Below are positions 59,276-64,000 of a stretch of 64,000 nucleotides of DNA, piece by piece (within the stretch, counting starts at the first letter, position 1; every line of letters starts with the position of its first letter). A program made the position numbers and the translations under genes. Source of the DNA: Candidatus Lustribacter sp. (lineage in GTDB: Bacteria; Vulcanimicrobiota; Vulcanimicrobiia; Vulcanimicrobiales; Vulcanimicrobiaceae); NCBI GenBank assembly GCA_965277805.1, contig OZ255842.1:4640001-4704000 (forward strand), read 5' to 3'. The notes below the pieces were generated by a model. The model was given only the letters and a program-made list of their open reading frames with translations, was not told where the DNA came from and ran no database searches.

Positions 59276-60507
59276 ACGTGCTTCCGTCGCCGCTGGCCGG
59301 TCGCTTGGCGCAGCTCGCAGCGCTCGGCGCGACCGGCCAGGGCATCGACCGCCGTCTCTTCTCGGCCGAAGATGCGCAGGCGCGGACGCTGTTCGCGCAG
59401 TGGGCGCGCGCTTCGAACTTCACCGTCGAGCAAGACCGCGCCGGCAACGTGTTCGCGCGGCGTGCGGGCAAACGTGACGGTGCGGCGATCCTCAGCGGAT
59501 CGCATCTTGACACGGTGCCGAACGGCGGCGCGTACGACGGCGCGTATGGTGCCGTGGCTGCGTTGTGCGCGCTCGAAGAACTCGATGCCGCCGGCATCGC
59601 GACGGAACATCCCATCGAAGCCGTCGCGTGGGCCGGTGAAGAGGGTAGCCGATTTCCGCTGGGTTGTTTGGGCAGCGGCGCGTTTGCCGGATTGAACGAA
59701 CTCGCCGCGATCGACGCGCTGCGCGACGATGAGGGCGTAACGTTTGCCGCCGCGCGCGCGGCCGCGAACGGCTTGCTCGCCGGCGTGCCGGTGCGCGACG
59801 GTTTCCCGCGTCCCGCCGGCTACGTCGAACTGCACATCGAGCAGGGCCCGGTGCTCGAACACCGCCGGGTGCGCTTGGGCGTCGTCACCGCAATCGCGGG
59901 CCAGGTGCGCGTTGAAATCGAGATCGTCGGCGAAGCGGGACATGCGGGCACGGTCCCGATGGAATTGCGTCACGATGCGTTGAGCGCGGCGGCGGAGCTG
60001 GCGCTCGCGCTCGAAGCCGCGGCGCGCACGATCGGCGAGTGCGTGCTGACGGTCGGACATCTCACCGTGTATCCGAATCAAACCAACGTCGTGCCCGGAC
60101 GCGTCGTGCTGCGGATCGACGCGCGCAGCGTCGATGAGGCGCGCCTCGTGGCGTTGCGCGCCGCAATCGAGGACTGCGCAGTTCGCGCGGCGGCCGCGCG
60201 CGGCGTGCGCATCACGGCGACGCCGATCGAAGAACGCCGCGTGGTGGCGATGGACCAGCGGCTGCGCGGCGCGGTGGCGGCCGCGATCGCGGAACTCGGC
60301 GAGCGGGCGATCGATCTGCCGAGCGGTGCGGGACACGACGCGATGTGCGTCGCAGCGGTAGCGCCGGCGGCGATGATCTTCGTTCCGAGCGCCGGTGGTC
60401 TCAGCCACGTGGGGAACGAGTACACCACGCCCGAGGATTTGCAACTGGGCGTCACGGCGCTCACCCGGTCGATCGCGGCGATCGACCGTCTCTTGGCAAA
60501 GGACTGA
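59272..60507 (+). CDS. Allantoate amidohydrolase / M20 Zn hydrolase
   Basis: GSHLDTVPNGG.YDG, EEG.RF, ELHIEQGP and SGAGHDA; start at CTG 59272 or GTG 59278. Confidence 0.9.
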   Translation: MNVLPSPLAGRLAQLAALGATGQGIDRRLFSAEDAQARTLFAQWARASNFTVEQDRAGNVFARRAGKRDGAAILSGSHLDTVPNGGAYDGAYGAVAALCALEELDAAGIATEHPIEAVAWAGEEGSRFPLGCLGSGAFAGLNELAAIDALRDDEGVTFAAARAAANGLLAGVPVRDGFPRPAGYVELHIEQGPVLEHRRVRLGVVTAIAGQVRVEIEIVGEAGHAGTVPMELRHDALSAAAELALALEAAARTIGECVLTVGHLTVYPNQTNVVPGRVVLRIDARSVDEARLVALRAAIEDCAVRAAAARGVRITATPIEERRVVAMDQRLRGAVAAAIAELGERAIDLPSGAGHDAMCVAAVAPAAMIFVPSAGGLSHVGNEYTTPEDLQLGVTALTRSIAAIDRLLAKD

Positions 60508-60510
60508 TAC

Positions 60511-60885
60511 GTGCGCTTTTTCATCTGCGGGTCGGCGCTCACGGGGCAACCCGATCACAAAAATCTCGGCGAAGCAAAACTCGTCGGTCCGGCGCAAACC
60601 GCTGCGAAGTACCGTCTGCACTCGGTCCGCGGCGAGCACCCCGGGATCTACGAAGTGGCCGAGGGCGGGGTCTCGATCAAGGGCGAGGTGTACGAGATGA
60701 GCGACGCGCAGCACGCGCACTTGATCTCAACCGAACCGCCCGATCTCTACGAGTCGCCGATCGAACTCGAAGACGGCAGCAAGATCAGCGCGATGATCTA
60801 CCCGCGCGACCTGATCGAGTCGCGCAAGTATCCCGACATCTCGCAATACGGCGGCTGGGCCGCGTTCAAAAAAGCCAACCCCTAA
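60511..60885 (+). CDS. Gamma-glutamylcyclotransferase-like protein (allophanate hydrolase C-domain-like)
   Basis: F.CGS.L.G, T...YRL, I.GEVY, IELEDG and DISQYGGW.AF. Confidence 0.75.
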   Translation: MRFFICGSALTGQPDHKNLGEAKLVGPAQTAAKYRLHSVRGEHPGIYEVAEGGVSIKGEVYEMSDAQHAHLISTEPPDLYESPIELEDGSKISAMIYPRDLIESRKYPDISQYGGWAAFKKANP

Positions 60886-61112
60886 ACGGGCGGCGGCGCC
60901 GGCGGGCCGAAGCCGATGACGATGTAGGCGCACTTCTGGCAGAGCAGGATCTCGGCCGGAAATTTTTGCGGCGAACCGGGCTTTACGTCGTAGTTCGAGT
61001 ACATCGTGCCGGCTTCGGGCGGTTTGAAACAGCCCGTGCAAGCAACTTCGCCGCCGGTCGCTTCCTGGACATCGCGCCGCGTATAGTACTCGACGACATC
61101 TACGATGGTCAT
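60882..61112 (-). CDS. Small protein with two CxxC motifs
   Basis: CTGC and CQKC; RBS directly after uraH. Confidence 0.55.
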   Translation of the reverse strand: MTIVDVVEYYTRRDVQEATGGEVACTGCFKPPEAGTMYSNYDVKPGSPQKFPAEILLCQKCAYIVIGFGPPAPPPV

Positions 61113-61127
61113 GGGATGCGGGTCTCC

Positions 61128-61457
61128 TTAGCTTCCACGATACGTTGAGTAGCCCCACGGCGACAAGAGCAGCGGGACGTGATACTTGCGGGCGGCGTCG
61201 TCGACGTGAAACCGGATCGTGATCTCGTCGTAGAACGCGGGCACGTTCTTGGCCGCGAAGTACGGCGCGACGCTGAAGATCAGTTCGTACATGCCGGCCG
61301 ACAGGATCTCCGCCATCGGGTTATCGGTGCGGCCGTCCGCATTCGTGACCGATGTCGAGACGTGCGTGCGCACGTTCCCGTCGACCGCAAAGAGCATGAC
61401 GGTGATGCGCGCAGCCGGCTGTCCGGTCGAGGTGTCGAGCACGTGCGTCGAAAGCAT
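61128..61457 (-). CDS. uraH: Hydroxyisourate hydrolase
   Basis: LSTHVLD, YHVPLLLSP and C-terminal YRGS. Confidence 0.95.
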   Translation of the reverse strand: MLSTHVLDTSTGQPAARITVMLFAVDGNVRTHVSTSVTNADGRTDNPMAEILSAGMYELIFSVAPYFAAKNVPAFYDEITIRFHVDDAARKYHVPLLLSPWGYSTYRGS

Positions 61458-62656
61458 TAGGGGCCTTTCGCGCCGGAATCGATCCAGGCCCCGAGCGTGG
61501 CGCGTTCGGCGTCGGTCATGTTGGTCACGTTCCCCAGCGGCATCGCTTTGCTCGCGACCGCTTCGGTTCGGATCAGCGCGGCGTTGGCAACGATATGTTC
61601 GGGCGTGTCGAGTAAGATGCCCGCGGGCGGCGCGCTGAAACCGGCTTGGGTCGGGTGCACGGAGTGGCAGACGGCGCAGCGCTGCGCGACGATCGGCGCG
61701 ATCTGCGCGTAGCTGACGGCCGGTCCGTTGACCGCGACCGCCGGCGCGTGCGGCGCGCCGAACCACGCGATGATCGCAATGAGCACCAGCGCCGCGACCG
61801 GCAGCGCAACGACGACCTTTTTGAAGTGCGTGAGCACGTAGAAGCGGCGCACCAGCACGCCCGCGATCGAGAGCCCGGGCAGCACGAGCCATCCGTAGGG
61901 CCCGCTGTAGGTCATCGGATAGTGATTGCTGATCATGATGAACAGCACGGGCAACGTGAAGTAGGTGTTCTGCACCGAGCGCTGCTTGCCGAGGAAACCC
62001 GGCCGCGTGTCGGGCACTTCGCCGGCACGCAGTTGGCGCACGACCCTGCGCTGACCCGGGATGATGATGAAGAAGACGTTCCACACCATGATCGTGCCGA
62101 TCACGGCGCCGACGTGGATGAACGCGGCGCGCGCGCCGAAGATGTGGAAGAATCCCCAATCGAAGATCAGCAAGAAGATGCCGATCGATGTCCAGAGCGC
62201 GAACTCGTTCTGCTCGAACACGCGGCACAGCGCATCGTAGATGAACCAGCCCAGCACGATCGAGCCGATGCTGATCGCGATCGCGGCCGGCGGCGTGAGG
62301 TCCATGACGCTCTTGTCGATCAGAAACGTCGACGCGCCGGCCCAATACACGATGGCGAGCATCGCCATGCCCGAGAGCCACGTCGAGTACGCTTCCCAGT
62401 AAAACCAGTGCAGGTGGTTGCTGAGCGGCTCGCCCACCGGGCCGGTGAGGTACTTCTCGTTGTGATAGAAGCCGCCGCCGTGCACCGACCACAGCTCGCC
62501 GTCGATGCCGCGCCGCTTCTCCGCATCGCTCACCTGCCGGTTGAGGTTGTCGTCGAGCCAGACGAAGAAAAAGGACGCGCCGATCCACGCGATCCCCGCG
62601 GTGACGTGGAACCAGCGTACGAGCAGGCTCAGCCAGTCGAGCACATAGGCTTGCAT
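61457..62656 (-). CDS. puuD: Membrane urate hydroxylase with C-terminal cytochrome c
   Basis: RW.H..AGIAWIG.SF.F..LD, HGGGFY, MISNHY and CAVCH. Confidence 0.92.
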   Translation of the reverse strand: MQAYVLDWLSLLVRWFHVTAGIAWIGASFFFVWLDDNLNRQVSDAEKRRGIDGELWSVHGGGFYHNEKYLTGPVGEPLSNHLHWFYWEAYSTWLSGMAMLAIVYWAGASTFLIDKSVMDLTPPAAIAISIGSIVLGWFIYDALCRVFEQNEFALWTSIGIFLLIFDWGFFHIFGARAAFIHVGAVIGTIMVWNVFFIIIPGQRRVVRQLRAGEVPDTRPGFLGKQRSVQNTYFTLPVLFIMISNHYPMTYSGPYGWLVLPGLSIAGVLVRRFYVLTHFKKVVVALPVAALVLIAIIAWFGAPHAPAVAVNGPAVSYAQIAPIVAQRCAVCHSVHPTQAGFSAPPAGILLDTPEHIVANAALIRTEAVASKAMPLGNVTNMTDAERATLGAWIDSGAKGP

Positions 62657-63162
62657 TAGTTGACGGCGTCTTCGATGCGCAGCTTGGCGATCTTCGCGAT
62701 TTCCGCGAGGGCCGTTGCGATCTCCGCGGTTCGCTCGTTGTTACGGCGGTGCGCCAGCGCGGCGAGAATCGAGTCCTTCGTGTTCTCGCGGGCGCAGATG
62801 ACGAACGGAAAGCCGAAGCGCTCGCGATAGGCGCCGTTGTCGGCATCGAAGCGCGCGATCTCCGCCGGCGTGAGCGCAGCGAGGCCCGCCCCGGCCTGTT
62901 CGGCGGCCGATGCGGCCGTCAACCGGCCCTCGCGCGCGACGCGGCCGGCGAGATCGGGATGCGCGCGGATCAGCGCGACCTGCGCGTCTTCACCGGCAGC
63001 AGCCACGACCGCGACCATCGCGGCGTGCAGCGCAGCGCGGTCGGCAAACGGCCGCGCCGCGGCGGCAGCACGCGCGATCCAGGGTGAATCTTCGAACGCG
63101 AAACCGATTTCCGCGACGAACGCATCGCGCGGACAGGTATTGAGGTGTTGCAGCGTCGTCAT
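62656..63162 (-). CDS. uraD: OHCU decarboxylase
   Basis: FEDSPW, AHPDL, S..EQ..AGL and FGFPFVIC. Confidence 0.92.
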   Translation of the reverse strand: MTTLQHLNTCPRDAFVAEIGFAFEDSPWIARAAAAARPFADRAALHAAMVAVVAAAGEDAQVALIRAHPDLAGRVAREGRLTAASAAEQAGAGLAALTPAEIARFDADNGAYRERFGFPFVICARENTKDSILAALAHRRNNERTAEIATALAEIAKIAKLRIEDAVN

Positions 63163-63176
63163 CGAAAGGCGCTCGC

Positions 63177-64000
63177 ATGGGTACGCTCTTGATTCGCGAT
63201 GCGGCGCACGTCGAGACGTTCGACGATGCGAACCACGTGCTGCGCGACGCATCGATCTTCGTGCGCGACGGCGCGATCGAAGCGCTCGGGCCGGCCGCAG
63301 AGCTGCCGCGCGACGCGGACCGCGTGGTCGATGCGCGCGGCTGCATCGTCATTCCGGGACTCGTGAATACCCATCACCACTTCTTTCAGACGTTGACCCG
63401 CGCGGTTCCCGGCACGCAGGACGTCGAGCTGTTCGATTGGCTCGTCACGCTCTATCCGATCTGGGCGCGGTTGACGCCCGCCGCCCTGCGCAGCGCGACC
63501 GCCGTCGCCTGTGCCGAATTGCTGCTCTCGGGCTGCACGACGGCGAGCGATCACACCTATCTGTGGCCGAACGGCTGCCGCATCGATGATGAGATCGCTG
63601 TCGCGCGCGAGATCGGCCTGCGCTTCCACGCCTCGCGCGGCTCGATGTCGGTCGGACGCTCGAAGGGCGGCTTGCCGCCGGATTCCGTGGTCGAAGATGA
63701 GGCCGCGATCATCGCCGACACGCAGCGCGCGATCGCGACGCATCACGACGCCGGCCGTTTCGCCATGACGCGCATCGTCGTCGCGCCGTGTTCGCCGTTC
63801 TCCGTGTCGCCCGACTTGATGCGCGAGAGCATCGCGCTCGCGCGCAGTTGCGGCGTGCATTCGCACACGCATCTGGCCGAGACGCTCGATGAGGAACGCT
63901 TCTGTATCGAGCGGTTCGGCTGCCGGCCGGTCGAACTCGCGGAGCAGCTGGGGTGGCTCGGGGCCGACGTGTGGCACGCGCACATGGTGCATCCGTCGGC
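63177..64000 (+). CDS. 8-oxoguanine deaminase-like amidohydrolase (partial, runs off window)
   Basis: MGTLLIRDA..., PGLVNTHHHFFQTLTRA, LFDWL..LYP.W, RGSMS.G.S.GGLPPD and HTHLAET. Confidence 0.88.
   Translation, partial: MGTLLIRDAAHVETFDDANHVLRDASIFVRDGAIEALGPAAELPRDADRVVDARGCIVIPGLVNTHHHFFQTLTRAVPGTQDVELFDWLVTLYPIWARLTPAALRSATAVACAELLLSGCTTASDHTYLWPNGCRIDDEIAVAREIGLRFHASRGSMSVGRSKGGLPPDSVVEDEAAIIADTQRAIATHHDAGRFAMTRIVVAPCSPFSVSPDLMRESIALARSCGVHSHTHLAETLDEERFCIERFGCRPVELAEQLGWLGADVWHAHMVHPS

Noticed and set aside
61128-62846. 572-aa ORF suggesting a fused uraH
   Set aside because: The upstream part is an alternate frame over puuD and uraD; uraH begins at 61457.
1-64000. CRISPR arrays, tRNA/rRNA genes, transposases, integrases
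   Set aside because: None recognised; the window is almost fully protein-coding with no regularly spaced repeats.

Overview
High-GC bacterial window with three parts. (1) About 1-28.9 kb is a photosynthesis supercluster for a type-II (quinone) reaction centre of the Chloroflexota-like kind. It holds crtB, two Crp/Fnr regulators, small membrane peptides, pufB-A-L-M-C (no puhA seen), bchFCXYZ facing bchLNBGP, hemEFHY, and a menG-polyprenyl synthase-tatAC-ccs (system II cytochrome c maturation) operon. Gene content and sequence style best fit an aerobic anoxygenic phototroph such as Eremiobacterota/Vulcanimicrobiota (inference). (2) About 29-45.6 kb is mixed housekeeping: PLD-like, GMC oxidoreductase, tatD, malonyl-CoA decarboxylase, metG, rsmI, cysteine hydrolases, helicase, cysteate synthase-like, katE and PhyH. 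(3) About 45.7-64 kb is a TonB-receptor-led nucleobase/purine uptake and catabolism region. The main find is a readable two-regulator circuit. NtcA-type GT(A/G)-N8-TAC boxes precede the puf genes and match a globin-like-sensor Crp with an RVTVTR helix. CRP-type GGTGA-N6-TCACC boxes sit at about -41.5 of the bch/hem operons and match an RETVSR Crp encoded at the end of the puf operon. Other finds: unannotated micro-ORFs that may be RC-LH subunits, unusual reaction-centre residues (Asp at M182), probable CTG starts, a REP family absorbed into gene ends, and a candidate attenuator. All calls come from reading the sequence; no database searches were run.
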